Below, one piece after another: positions 39,775-48,610 of a stretch of 64,000 nucleotides of DNA. The notes under the pieces are model-generated. The model was given only the letters and a program-made list of their open reading frames with translations. It was not told where the DNA came from and made no database searches. The translations under genes and the position numbers were made by a program. Each line of letters opens with the position of its first letter. Position 1 is the stretch's first letter. The stretch comes from Candidatus Saccharimonadota bacterium (GTDB taxonomy: Bacteria > Patescibacteriota > Saccharimonadia > Saccharimonadales > AWTP1-31): NCBI GenBank assembly GCA_003962975.1, contig RXKC01000014.1, positions 898-64,897 of the forward strand. The letters are read 5' to 3'.

Positions 39775-40308
39775 ATGGAATCAGTAATCAAACAAATCGA
39801 ATCTCGATATAAAAAGCATGCGGTTGTAGATGTACGACCAGGTGATACCGTTCGTGTTCACCAAAAAATTCGTGAAGGTAGCAAAGAACGTGTACAGATC
39901 TTTGAAGGTCTTGTCATTCGTGTTGGACGCAAGGGTAGCCTTACCTCAACAATTGCAGTGCGTCGTATTGCCAGTGGTATCGGAGTAGAAAAGACCTATC
40001 TTCTTCACTCACCACTTGTTGTGAAGGTAGACGTTACTAAGCGAAGCAAAGTACGACGCAACTACCTATCCTACATGCGAGCCCGTACTGGTAAAGCAGC
40101 TCGTTTGGCAAGTGTTGATTTCGACAAGAACGTGAACGAAGTACCAGAAGACCCAGCCGTTCTTGAAGCAGAACGACTTGCAAAAGAAGAGGCAGCTAAA
40201 GAGCACGCCGCAGCCGAGGCAGAAAAAGCCGCTGAAGACGCTGAAGCAGAAGCTAAGGTAGATGCTGCTAAAGCTGCACACGCAGAAGCAGAAGCACCAA
40301 AAGAATAA
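39775..40308 (+). CDS. rplS: 50S ribosomal protein L19 with an Ala/Glu/Lys-rich C-terminal extension
   Basis: L19 core (VDVRPGDTVRVHQKIREGSKERVQIFEGLVI...) over the first ~115 aa, followed by a ~60-aa AEAEKAAEDAEAEAK low-complexity tail. Confidence 0.92.
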   Translation: MESVIKQIESRYKKHAVVDVRPGDTVRVHQKIREGSKERVQIFEGLVIRVGRKGSLTSTIAVRRIASGIGVEKTYLLHSPLVVKVDVTKRSKVRRNYLSYMRARTGKAARLASVDFDKNVNEVPEDPAVLEAERLAKEEAAKEHAAAEAEKAAEDAEAEAKVDAAKAAHAEAEAPKE

Positions 40309-40324
40309 ACCCTCGTCGAAAAAT

Positions 40325-40358
40325 ACAATGAACCACCTCAACCGAGGTGGTTCATTGT
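40325..40358 (+). terminator. Perfect 15-bp stem / 4-nt loop hairpin after rplS
   Basis: ACAATGAACCACCTC-aacc-GAGGTGGTTCATTGT. No U-tract follows, so it is an atypical intrinsic terminator or a processing/stability element. Confidence 0.55.
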
Positions 40359-40399
40359 AGCTTTATACATTTGCAAGAGATCTTAGTACTATATGGGGT

Positions 40400-40966
40400 A
40401 TGGGGATTGTAATTGGTATGGATGAGGTTGGCAGGGGCTGTTGGGCTGGGCCACTCGTTGCCGGAGCTGTAGCGTTGCCAGCTACGATCGCAGGTTTAAA
40501 TGACTCAAAATTACTCAGCAAGCTACAACGGGAATCACTTGCTGAACAAATTCACGCATTAGCTCATGTAGGACTAGGTTGGGTTAGCAGCAGCGAAGTT
40601 GATGACCTAGGTCTTACCAAAGCAGTTGCGCTTGCCATGCGGCGCGCTCTCGATGAGTTACAAAAACTTGGTAACGAGGTTATTGAGAGCATCCTGATTG
40701 ATGGAAATTTTAATTTTTTGCCTGAGCTTACCAATACTCGTGCCATTATTGGTGGCGACAAGCTGGAACCAGCTATAAGCGCGGCCAGTATTGTTGCTAA
40801 AGTTGCTCGGGATGCGTACATGGCCGAGCTGGCGCTACAACATCCTGGCTACGGTTTCGAGTCTCATGTCGGCTATGGTACCGCTCAGCACAAGCTGGCC
40901 CTGGAAAAATTTGGAGTATTATCTCATCATCGAAAAAGCTACAAACCAATTCAGGCATTTTTATGA
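40400..40966 (+). CDS. rnhB: Ribonuclease HII
   Basis: GMDEVGRGCWAGPLV active-site motif and DSK; 188 aa. Confidence 0.92.
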   Translation: MGIVIGMDEVGRGCWAGPLVAGAVALPATIAGLNDSKLLSKLQRESLAEQIHALAHVGLGWVSSSEVDDLGLTKAVALAMRRALDELQKLGNEVIESILIDGNFNFLPELTNTRAIIGGDKLEPAISAASIVAKVARDAYMAELALQHPGYGFESHVGYGTAQHKLALEKFGVLSHHRKSYKPIQAFL

Positions 40967-41304
40967 GTAGCTATGCACGTGGGCAAGCAGCAGAAGATAC
41001 TGCCGCTCAATACTTAGCAAATAAGCAGTATAGAATTATTGATCGCAACTGGCGTACCAAATGGTGCGAGATTGATATTGTGGCTCGAAAGGATGACTGT
41101 GTTTATTTTGTTGAAGTGAAGTATCGTAAGACTGCATTCAGCGGCAACGGCCTGGACTACATCACCCAGACTAAATTAATTCAGATGTCCCGCGCAGCAG
41201 AAAGTTGGGTACAGGCCAATGACTGGAGACGGCAGTACGACCTGGCAGTTATTGCACTAACTGGCAATCCTCCGGTTGTTACCCGGGCATTGTTCACGTT
41301 ATAA
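40963..41304 (+). CDS. YraN-family (UPF0102) endonuclease-like protein
   Basis: 113 aa. GEIDIVA-type motif (CEIDIVARKDDCVYFVEVKYR). Conserved rnhB-yraN pairing with an ATGA overlap. Confidence 0.85.
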   Translation: MSSYARGQAAEDTAAQYLANKQYRIIDRNWRTKWCEIDIVARKDDCVYFVEVKYRKTAFSGNGLDYITQTKLIQMSRAAESWVQANDWRRQYDLAVIALTGNPPVVTRALFTL

Positions 41305-41316
41305 TCACGCGTAACA

Positions 41317-41625
41317 ATGGATGCAATTATAGATTATGACATCCGCGTTGCAGCGGACACTATTAATGTATATACGACCGCGACATGCAAAGAGCTCTGT
41401 GCGGGGCTGTGAGCAGGCACCTACGCACTGATTACCAGTGGCGTAACCATAACTCCATTTATAGATAAAGAGGCAGCGACTGACCCAAGCGTTAACTTCA
41501 AGACTCATCCGGTTTGTGCAGACCCCAGCTGTCAGACAATTCAAGATGAAGAACTGCTCGAATTAGCCCTCTCTCAGGGCTCACTACTATCGCAAGTAAG
41601 TCTTGCCGAAGAACTCAGTGACTAA
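41317..41625 (+). pseudogene. Orphan ~102-codon ORF interrupted by one in-frame TGA (41410-41412); alternatively a 31-aa peptide gene
   Basis: Own promoter: TTGTTA (41276-41281), 18 nt, TATAAT (41300-41305). The ATG at 41317 gives MDAIIDYDIRVAADTINVYTTATCKELCAGL-TGA-AGTYALITSGVTITPFIDKEAATDPSVNFKTHPVCADPSCQTIQDEELLELALSQGSLLSQVSLAEELSD-TAA, all in one frame. Confidence 0.3.
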
Positions 41626-44231
41626 GCGTCTTTAAAGAAAGCTTTGACCAGTTTAAGGTCGCGCTTTTTCCATTCAGATTGCCACTCAATCATCTCAACA
41701 CCTTGATTAAAAGAACGCTCGATAGCTGTACTCATGTGGGCCATAAAGAACTTCTTATACTCTGGCAAAAATGCCGAATTACTAAAGCCGCGCGCCACAT
41801 AGACGGGCATACGATAAAAGGCAAGATCGTTCCCAAGGTTATCCTCTAACCAACCCCAGTTTTTCTGTAGCCACTTCCACGTCTTGTCGCGCGCAAACCG
41901 GTTCGTAAAGCTGTAAGCCAACCAATAGGCAACGTCTTGTAGACGCACATGTTCACTGCGAATCAAATCTAAGGCACGATCAACCAGCTCAGGCTGCTTA
42001 AAGCCTGTCAGCGCAGCACACAAGTTTAACTTTTCTTCGTTCGAATGAGTATTATTGTGCATTGCCAAAAGCTTATTAAACTCGGCCTCGCCACCTGTTC
42101 GTGCAACCGTGCTATACACAACGCCTCTCAAGTCCGGGTCAAGATTGTTCGCTCGTAAGCTTTGGCGGTCGCCAGCACCTTTTAGGGTTGAACTTAAGTC
42201 ACTTGGGTCATGCATTTCTGCGAACTGTTCTTGGGCATAGGCGACAATGTCAGGCGCGTCGCTGGCCGCAGCCATACCCAGTATTGTTGGTCGCAAAAGG
42301 CGATCAAAATGTGACTCATGCGGTTGCGCTTCCCATCCCAGGCGCTTTACTTGTTTTGTGATCAACTTACGTACATAGGGTTTCATGGCCTCTCGCACAT
42401 CGTCATCATCCATGACACTGCGTATACTTCCGAGTGTCGTTGCCATAACATCCCAGACTGCATTATCTTCTTCATCGTGATACGCAGCCATTACATTGAG
42501 TACTTCTGCGGCATCTAGACGGCCAGCTTTAGCAGCCTCGGCAACATCGGCCAATACACCGAGTCGATCAAGTTCGCTTAGGTGTCCAGTCTTGATTTGT
42601 TTAGCGAGCGCTTGCAAGTGACTGGCGTTATAAACCGTTCGATAAAAACCGCTGCCGCCTTGATTTAGTTTAAAACTACCTGGCTCATCATTGGGCAACT
42701 GTATTCTGGGCTCATTAAAGCTTACAGGTAATTTTTCGTCAGTGGCGAGCAAAGGGATTGGCCAGGTGACATTATCTTTGTTAGCTTCTGATTTAGGGTT
42801 CAACACAAAACGACGTTGTTGTAGTGTTAATCCTGCATCGGTGGCATCAACTTCAACAATTGGGTAGCCGCTTTGGCTTGTCCACGCAGCCATGAACTCA
42901 CTGACTGGCTTTTTAGAGATTTCTTCTAGAGCAGACCATAGGTCAGCAGTATCGGTATTCTTGTACGCATGAGTCTTTAAGTAGTAACGCAGGCCACCCT
43001 GAAAATCATCAGCACCTAAATAGTGGTACAACATGTGAATAACGCTTGCGCCTTTGCCGTAACTAATATTGTCAAAGATGGTTCTGATCTCGTCAGGATG
43101 ACCTATTGATACTTCGACCGGGTGGGTGTGCTCTAGCGAATCAAGCCGCAGGGCCGGCTGCTGCTCGTCAACGATAAACTGGGTCCACATCTTCCAGTTC
43201 GGGAAGAGCTTGTCGACAGCCAAGTACTCGAACCATGAGGCAAAGCCTTCATTAAGCCATAAGTCTGTCCACCAGCGCATGGTCACAAGGTTGCCAAACC
43301 ACTGGTGTGTCAATTCGTGAGCAACCACCATGGCCACATATTGCTTCATGCCCAGACTGGTGTTTTTTGGATCTACCAAGAGTGTCTGTTCGCGGTAGGT
43401 AATACAGCCCCAGTTCTCCATCGCACCACTGGCAAAGTCTGGTAGAGCTATCATGTCGCATTTTTCGAGCGGATAGTCGATATCAAAATACTCACTATAA
43501 AAATCAAGACATTGCACTGCTACACCAAGCGCAAATTCGGTGAATTCAACATTGTCAGGTGTCGCGTAGGTTCGTACCACCACACCTTTTTTCGTCTTAG
43601 CCTCTTTGTAACCAAGCTCACCGTATACAAAGGCCAGTAAATACGTGCTCATATGCGGCGTCGTTTCAAACTCTGATCGCACCATGTTTTCAGTTTCTGT
43701 CTGCGTCTTTACTGGTGTATTGGCGATTACTGTCTCGCCCTTTGGAGTAGTTAAAATCAGATCAAATGTTGCTTTGGCTTCGGGCTCATCAACACAAGGG
43801 AAGACTTCGCGGGCATGATGACTTTCGAACTGGGTAGCTATAAGTTTCTTTTCAACTTCTTCATGCTTGAAGAAACACGGGTAAATACCATTCATGGCTC
43901 GAGTAATCTTGCCAGAGAACTCAATTGTAATCGTATATTTACCAGGGTAGAGCATGTGTTTTGCATGCAAGCGAACTTCGTCAAAACTATTTTGACGATT
44001 AATTCGGTCGATCACCACTTCTTTGTCGCCAGCTTTTTCATGAAAGACAACACGTACCTTATCTATATTGAGGTCTTTTTGATGAAAGGTAAGGCGCTGA
44101 CTCGGACGGCCAACTTTCTGGCCAGAAATCACCACCGAACCAGAAAAGGCCATCCCCTCGCGATCGGGAACAAGATCGATAATGTAGTGGGTTGGTTTGA
44201 ACTGTTCGTAGAGGCGGGTGACTTTTTTCAT
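41622..44231 (-). CDS. pepN: Aminopeptidase N (M1 family)
   Basis: GAMENWG exopeptidase motif and HELTHQWFGNLVTMRWWTDLWLNEGFA (HExxH-18-E); 869 aa. Confidence 0.92.
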   Translation of the reverse strand: MKKVTRLYEQFKPTHYIIDLVPDREGMAFSGSVVISGQKVGRPSQRLTFHQKDLNIDKVRVVFHEKAGDKEVVIDRINRQNSFDEVRLHAKHMLYPGKYTITIEFSGKITRAMNGIYPCFFKHEEVEKKLIATQFESHHAREVFPCVDEPEAKATFDLILTTPKGETVIANTPVKTQTETENMVRSEFETTPHMSTYLLAFVYGELGYKEAKTKKGVVVRTYATPDNVEFTEFALGVAVQCLDFYSEYFDIDYPLEKCDMIALPDFASGAMENWGCITYREQTLLVDPKNTSLGMKQYVAMVVAHELTHQWFGNLVTMRWWTDLWLNEGFASWFEYLAVDKLFPNWKMWTQFIVDEQQPALRLDSLEHTHPVEVSIGHPDEIRTIFDNISYGKGASVIHMLYHYLGADDFQGGLRYYLKTHAYKNTDTADLWSALEEISKKPVSEFMAAWTSQSGYPIVEVDATDAGLTLQQRRFVLNPKSEANKDNVTWPIPLLATDEKLPVSFNEPRIQLPNDEPGSFKLNQGGSGFYRTVYNASHLQALAKQIKTGHLSELDRLGVLADVAEAAKAGRLDAAEVLNVMAAYHDEEDNAVWDVMATTLGSIRSVMDDDDVREAMKPYVRKLITKQVKRLGWEAQPHESHFDRLLRPTILGMAAASDAPDIVAYAQEQFAEMHDPSDLSSTLKGAGDRQSLRANNLDPDLRGVVYSTVARTGGEAEFNKLLAMHNNTHSNEEKLNLCAALTGFKQPELVDRALDLIRSEHVRLQDVAYWLAYSFTNRFARDKTWKWLQKNWGWLEDNLGNDLAFYRMPVYVARGFSNSAFLPEYKKFFMAHMSTAIERSFNQGVEMIEWQSEWKKRDLKLVKAFFKDA

Positions 44232-44298
44232 ATAGTTTTCAGTTTAGCACCGTCAAGCCTTCACCTAAAAATGTATTTGTGCAGCTTGTCATGTTCTA

Positions 44299-44327
44299 TT
44301 GCCAGAATACTCGGACTAGGGTATATT
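44299..44327 (+). promoter_or_regulatory. Sigma70-like promoter upstream of nusA
   Basis: TTGCCA (44299-44304), a 17-nt spacer, then TATATT (44322-44327). Confidence 0.45.
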
Positions 44328-44339
44328 AATTTGTAGTTC

Positions 44340-44363
44340 ATCCGGCCGGCAGGTCGGATTTTT
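44340..44363 (+). terminator. Terminator-like hairpin plus T-run inside the nusA leader
   Basis: ATCCGGC-cggcag-GTCGGAT (7 bp including one G-U) followed by TTTT. It lies between the predicted promoter and the AAGGAG RBS of nusA. Confidence 0.35.
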
Positions 44364-44397
44364 CAATTTAAAACACTTGAATAGTAAGGAGAAACAC

Positions 44398-45549
44398 ATG
44401 GAACTAGATATGAAAGGCCTAGCATTAGCCGTTAAGACTATTGCAGAGGAAAAGAACTTACCAGAAGAAACCGTACAAGAGATTGTCGAACAAGCACTTG
44501 CTGCTGCCTATCGCCGTGATTATGGTGACCGTGAGCAAGAAGTCCGCGTAACCATGAATCTTAATAATGGTGACGTTGATGCGTATGTCAGCAAAGAAGT
44601 TGTTGAAGTACCTGGCGATGAACGATTCGAGATTAGCCTTGGCAATGCTCAGGTTATTCGCAAGAATGCGGCAATTGGTGAAAGCGTAGAGATTCATGAA
44701 AAGGTTGAAGACTTTGGACGCGTAGCTGCTCAGACTGCTAAACAGGTTATCCTGCAACGTTTGCGCGAAGCTGAGCGAGAAATTGTTATGGCCGAATATG
44801 ACGACAAGATCGGCACCATCATTAATGGTCTCGTCACACGTGTTGAGGGTATGATTGTCCGCATCGATCTTGGCAAAGCACAAGGTATCATGCCTAAAAG
44901 CGAGCAGATCCAAGGTGAACGCTACTACCCAGGTCAGCGGCTAAAGGTATACCTCAAGGATGTTGAGCGCGGTTTCCGAGGCCCACAGCTGGTCGTAAGT
45001 CGCGGCAGCAGTGAATTCATCCGAGACCTCTTCCGCAATGAAGTACCCGAAATGGAAAATAACATGGTAGAGATAAAAGCAATCTCTCGAGAAGCTGGCG
45101 TCCGCAGCAAGATCGCTGTCTCAAGCAGCGTGCCTGGTGTTGACCCAGTTGGCACCTTTGTTGGTGGTCACGGTACCCGTGTAAACGCGGTGATGAGCGA
45201 AATTGGTGAACAAGAAAAGATTGATATCGTTGTTCATGACGATGACACCAAGACTTACATCATCAATGCCCTCAGCCCAACCAAAGTTGATAAAGTCGAC
45301 ATCGATGAAGCTACTAAAAAAGCTACCGTTACTGTGCCCGAAGACCAGCTGAGCATCGCTATCGGTAAGAGCGGCCAAAATGTCCGTCTAGCTAGCAAGC
45401 TTACTGGATACGACCTTGATATTACTGCCGAAGAAGCAAAGAAACCTGAACCAGTACAAGCTATTGAGCCAAAGCCTATGCCACGTCTAAAGCGCAAGGA
45501 ACAACTCGAGAGCAGCCTGCTCGAAGCCATCGAAGAACACGGCGAATAG
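44398..45549 (+). CDS. nusA: Transcription termination/antitermination factor NusA
   Basis: N-terminal domain, S1 and two KH domains (SIAIGKSGQNVRLASKLTG). The ATG at 44398 is preceded by AAGGAG with 6-nt spacing. Confidence 0.93.
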   Translation: MELDMKGLALAVKTIAEEKNLPEETVQEIVEQALAAAYRRDYGDREQEVRVTMNLNNGDVDAYVSKEVVEVPGDERFEISLGNAQVIRKNAAIGESVEIHEKVEDFGRVAAQTAKQVILQRLREAEREIVMAEYDDKIGTIINGLVTRVEGMIVRIDLGKAQGIMPKSEQIQGERYYPGQRLKVYLKDVERGFRGPQLVVSRGSSEFIRDLFRNEVPEMENNMVEIKAISREAGVRSKIAVSSSVPGVDPVGTFVGGHGTRVNAVMSEIGEQEKIDIVVHDDDTKTYIINALSPTKVDKVDIDEATKKATVTVPEDQLSIAIGKSGQNVRLASKLTGYDLDITAEEAKKPEPVQAIEPKPMPRLKRKEQLESSLLEAIEEHGE

Positions 45550-45558
45550 TACTATACT

Positions 45559-46029
45559 ATGTCGGCTCAACCCCTCACACTTGAGCACGGGGTTATTGAC
45601 CCTGTGCTCGCAGCGCAAACAGGCTTTGACCTTCTTGCGTCTCTTGATGCATGTTGGAAGAAAAGAGGAGAGCCTGCAAGCTTTGCCTATTACACTGTTC
45701 CCAATGCAATCGTTCCAGAAGTTCCAAGTATCGAAATAGTCTTAGGCCAAATTGCATTACCGGATGGTGCGCCGAATTATGTAGGCTGTGGTATTTTCTT
45801 TGGTGAGGCAAGCCTACCAGAACATATTGATAACGAAGAATTCGAACAGGTCAAAGCCATAAACTGCATCGGGAATGGTCTGGTTCATGGCGAAGGGATT
45901 GAGCCAACATATCTTCATGCTGGAGATGGCTTTCATGTAGACAACCGTCAGCGCCGCGTATCTCACGGCGTCGATAGCTTAAGTATTCCTCGCGTTTGTC
46001 TCATTCTAGGATGGACAAACGGATGTTAA
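45559..46029 (+). CDS. Hypothetical protein (156 aa)
   Basis: ORF with normal composition directly after nusA; no recognised domain. Confidence 0.5.
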   Translation: MSAQPLTLEHGVIDPVLAAQTGFDLLASLDACWKKRGEPASFAYYTVPNAIVPEVPSIEIVLGQIALPDGAPNYVGCGIFFGEASLPEHIDNEEFEQVKAINCIGNGLVHGEGIEPTYLHAGDGFHVDNRQRRVSHGVDSLSIPRVCLILGWTNGC

Positions 46030-46039
46030 GACTATCGAT

Positions 46040-46066
46040 TTAGCACTCTTGCATGGTGAGTGCTAG
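46040..46066. promoter_or_regulatory. CIRCE element (HrcA operator)
   Basis: TTAGCACTC-N9-GAGTGCTAG matches the consensus TTAGCACTC-N9-GAGTGCTAA at 17 of 18 defined positions. It abuts a candidate promoter, TTGCTA (46068-46073), 17 nt, ATAAAT (46091-46096). Confidence 0.8.
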
Positions 46067-46105
46067 TTTGCTATTCTAGATTTAGTGAACATAAATCACT
46101 AGAAC

Positions 46106-48586
46106 GTGGGTAGTATGCAAAACACACCAGATTTTCAAGAATTTCTCAATCATCTAACTGATAACGCGCTCCAGAGCCTAAAGCACGCCGATGCTATTGC
46201 GAGGGGCTTTGGCAGCGCTTATATTGGCACCGAACATCTTCTTCTAGGTGTACTTGCCCAAGATTCTAGTGTTGGCGCGAAGCTGTTAGAAGGTGCTGGA
46301 GTAACCTTAGACCGTGCCCGTTTAGCGCTTAACCTCACGCCAAAAACGGTTGTTATGAATACCAATGCTAAGGGCCTCAGTGAAACGGCAAAACTAACAC
46401 TGAAAATGGCTTACGACGTCGCTCAAGATTTCACACAGGAATTCTGTGGGACTGAACACATTCTCTACAGTATCCTCAGCCAAAAGAACGCCCGCGCTAC
46501 TATTTTACTGCGAGACATGAATATTAATGTAGATGGCCTTACTAATGAACTAGAGCAGTTTTTGAATCGCCAACAAAATGAGGGCGAAGGCAACACTTCC
46601 ACGCGACGACGTGGTAAAAAAGGACGCAAAACTGCACTCGATTTCTTTGGCACTGATATGACAGCTCAGGCTCGAGACGGCAAGCTCGACCCAGTGATTG
46701 GCCGCGAGCGACAACTACGACGTGTCATTACTATTTTGAACAGACGCACTAAAAATAATCCTGTCTTAATTGGTGAGCCTGGTGTTGGTAAAACCGCTAT
46801 CGTTGAAGGTTTAGCTCAACGCATTGTCAGTGAAGACGTGCCTGATAGCTTGCTCGATAAACGCATTATCATGCTCGATCTTGCTGGAATGATTGCTGGT
46901 ACTAAATACCGGGGTGAATTTGAAGACCGACTGAAGAAGGTCATGGCCGAGCTAGAAGACGATGATAAAACCATTGTCTTTATCGACGAGTTACACTTGA
47001 TTGTTGGCGCGGGCTCTGCAGAAGGCGCCATGGACGCTGGTAACATCCTGAAGCCAGCATTGGCTCGTGGCAAAATGCAGATGATAGGAGCCACTACCAC
47101 CGACGAATATACAAAACATATCGAAAAAGATGCCGCCCTTGAGCGCCGTTTCCAACCCGTTCAGGTACCAGAGGCGACCTTGCCAGAATCACTAGCTATC
47201 CTCAAAGGACTGCGCAAGCATTACGAAGATTTTCATAATGTTCAGGTCAGCGATGAAGTTATTGGCGACATTGTTAACTTTGCCGATCGCTATATTAATG
47301 ACCGCTTCATGCCAGACAAAGCCATTGATCTTCTCGACGAAACGGCTGCACACCTGCGGGTTGACCGCGGCAAGACTCCTCCTGAAGTACGTAAACTTCA
47401 GAAAGAACTGCAGATTGTAAATGCCCGTATTGATGAGGCAGTTGAGGCTGAAGACTATGAAAAAGCCGCCCGGTCTAAGACTCGTGCTAGTCAAATCAAC
47501 GAAGAACTAGAAAAGCTACACGCCAAAAATAAGACAGAAAGCCGGCAAAAGATGACCAGCGATGACGTAGCAGAGGTTGTGGCACGCATCACTGGCGTAC
47601 CAGTTCAGCGCGTTATACGTACTGAAGCCAAGCACCTACTCAACCTAGAAAAGACTCTTGGCAAGCACATCATTGGCCAGGATGAGGCTGTAGAAGCAGT
47701 TTCGCGAGCAATTCGTCGTAGCCGTTCCGGTGTCGGCAATGCTCGTCGCCCGATTGGTTCATTTATTTTCTTAGGTCCAACAGGTGTTGGTAAGACAGAG
47801 CTAGCCCGTGTACTGGCCGACCAATTCTTTGGTAGTCGTGATGCGCTCGTTAAAATTGATATGAGTGAGTTCGGCGAACGCCACACCGTGTCTCGACTTG
47901 TTGGTGCTCCAGCAGGTTATGTTGGCTATGATGAAGGCGGTCAACTAACAGACAAAATTCGTCGCCAACCTTACAGCCTCGTATTGTTTGATGAGATCGA
48001 AAAGGCCCACCCAGAAGTGTTCAACATGCTGCTGCAAATTCTTGAAGACGGCGTGCTGACCGATGCAAAAGGTCGCAAGATTGATTTCACCAACACTATC
48101 GTAATAATGACTAGTAACGTCGGTGCTGATAAGTTACAGAAAGAAGCTAGTCTTGGATTCCAAGCCACCTCACGGACAGATCAAGCCGATCTGGATAGCC
48201 TGCACGAATCTAACAAGGATAAAGTACGTGATGAGCTCAAGAAACTAATGCGTCCTGAGCTTCTTAACCGTATCGACAAAGTCGTGGTATTCCGTGCCCT
48301 TAACCAGGCCAATGCTCTAAAGATTCTTGATTTACAGCTCAACGAATTAACAGACCGGCTCGTAAAGCACGGTATTGGTGTCGACGTAAGTCTAAAAGCT
48401 AGGAAGCAAATGCTGACAGATGGATATGACGCCCTTAACGGTGTACGACCAATGCGACGCCTCATTCAAGATACGATAGAAGACCACATAGCTGAGCAGC
48501 TGTTGGATGAGAAACTGACAAAAGGCGATATAGTACGCGTCGACGTCAAGAGTGGCAAGCTCTCCTACAGCCAAGCTTCTGAGTAA
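46106..48586 (+). CDS. clpC: ATP-dependent Clp protease ATP-binding subunit ClpC
   Basis: Two Clp_N repeats, two AAA+ modules ([16 protein letters not shown]), a short UVR-like middle domain ([14 protein letters not shown]) and an LGF ClpP-docking tripeptide. The start is the GTG at 46106 or the ATG at 46115. Confidence 0.9.
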   Translation: MGSMQNTPDFQEFLNHLTDNALQSLKHADAIARGFGSAYIGTEHLLLGVLAQDSSVGAKLLEGAGVTLDRARLALNLTPKTVVMNTNAKGLSETAKLTLKMAYDVAQDFTQEFCGTEHILYSILSQKNARATILLRDMNINVDGLTNELEQFLNRQQNEGEGNTSTRRRGKKGRKTALDFFGTDMTAQARDGKLDPVIGRERQLRRVITILNRRTKNNPVLIGEPGVGKTAIVEGLAQRIVSEDVPDSLLDKRIIMLDLAGMIAGTKYRGEFEDRLKKVMAELEDDDKTIVFIDELHLIVGAGSAEGAMDAGNILKPALARGKMQMIGATTTDEYTKHIEKDAALERRFQPVQVPEATLPESLAILKGLRKHYEDFHNVQVSDEVIGDIVNFADRYINDRFMPDKAIDLLDETAAHLRVDRGKTPPEVRKLQKELQIVNARIDEAVEAEDYEKAARSKTRASQINEELEKLHAKNKTESRQKMTSDDVAEVVARITGVPVQRVIRTEAKHLLNLEKTLGKHIIGQDEAVEAVSRAIRRSRSGVGNARRPIGSFIFLGPTGVGKTELARVLADQFFGSRDALVKIDMSEFGERHTVSRLVGAPAGYVGYDEGGQLTDKIRRQPYSLVLFDEIEKAHPEVFNMLLQILEDGVLTDAKGRKIDFTNTIVIMTSNVGADKLQKEASLGFQATSRTDQADLDSLHESNKDKVRDELKKLMRPELLNRIDKVVVFRALNQANALKILDLQLNELTDRLVKHGIGVDVSLKARKQMLTDGYDALNGVRPMRRLIQDTIEDHIAEQLLDEKLTKGDIVRVDVKSGKLSYSQASE

Positions 48587-48610
48587 TCCCTCTGGTGTAT
48601 ACTTGTAGCT

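Noticed and set aside
41317-41409. The 31-aa peptide as a lanthipeptide/RiPP precursor (Thr/Cys-rich C-terminus TINVYTTATCKELCAGL).
   Set aside because: The window has no modification enzyme, protease or transporter genes nearby, and there is no recognisable leader-cleavage motif.
41410-41412. The idea that TGA is globally reassigned (code 4/25, as in some CPR lineages), which would make the orphan ORF intact.
   Set aside because: Many well-supported genes here terminate at their expected length on TGA, including gatC, gatA, rnhB and the NUDIX gene at 7839. The genome therefore uses TGA as a stop, and only a site-specific event remains possible.
41305-41544. A 79-aa Cys/Tyr-rich minus-strand ORF from the ORF track, in the yraN-pepN gap.
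   Set aside because: I found no promoter or RBS for it. The composition looks like an antisense artefact. The plus strand has a promoter and a longer, more protein-like frame, reported separately with its in-frame TGA.
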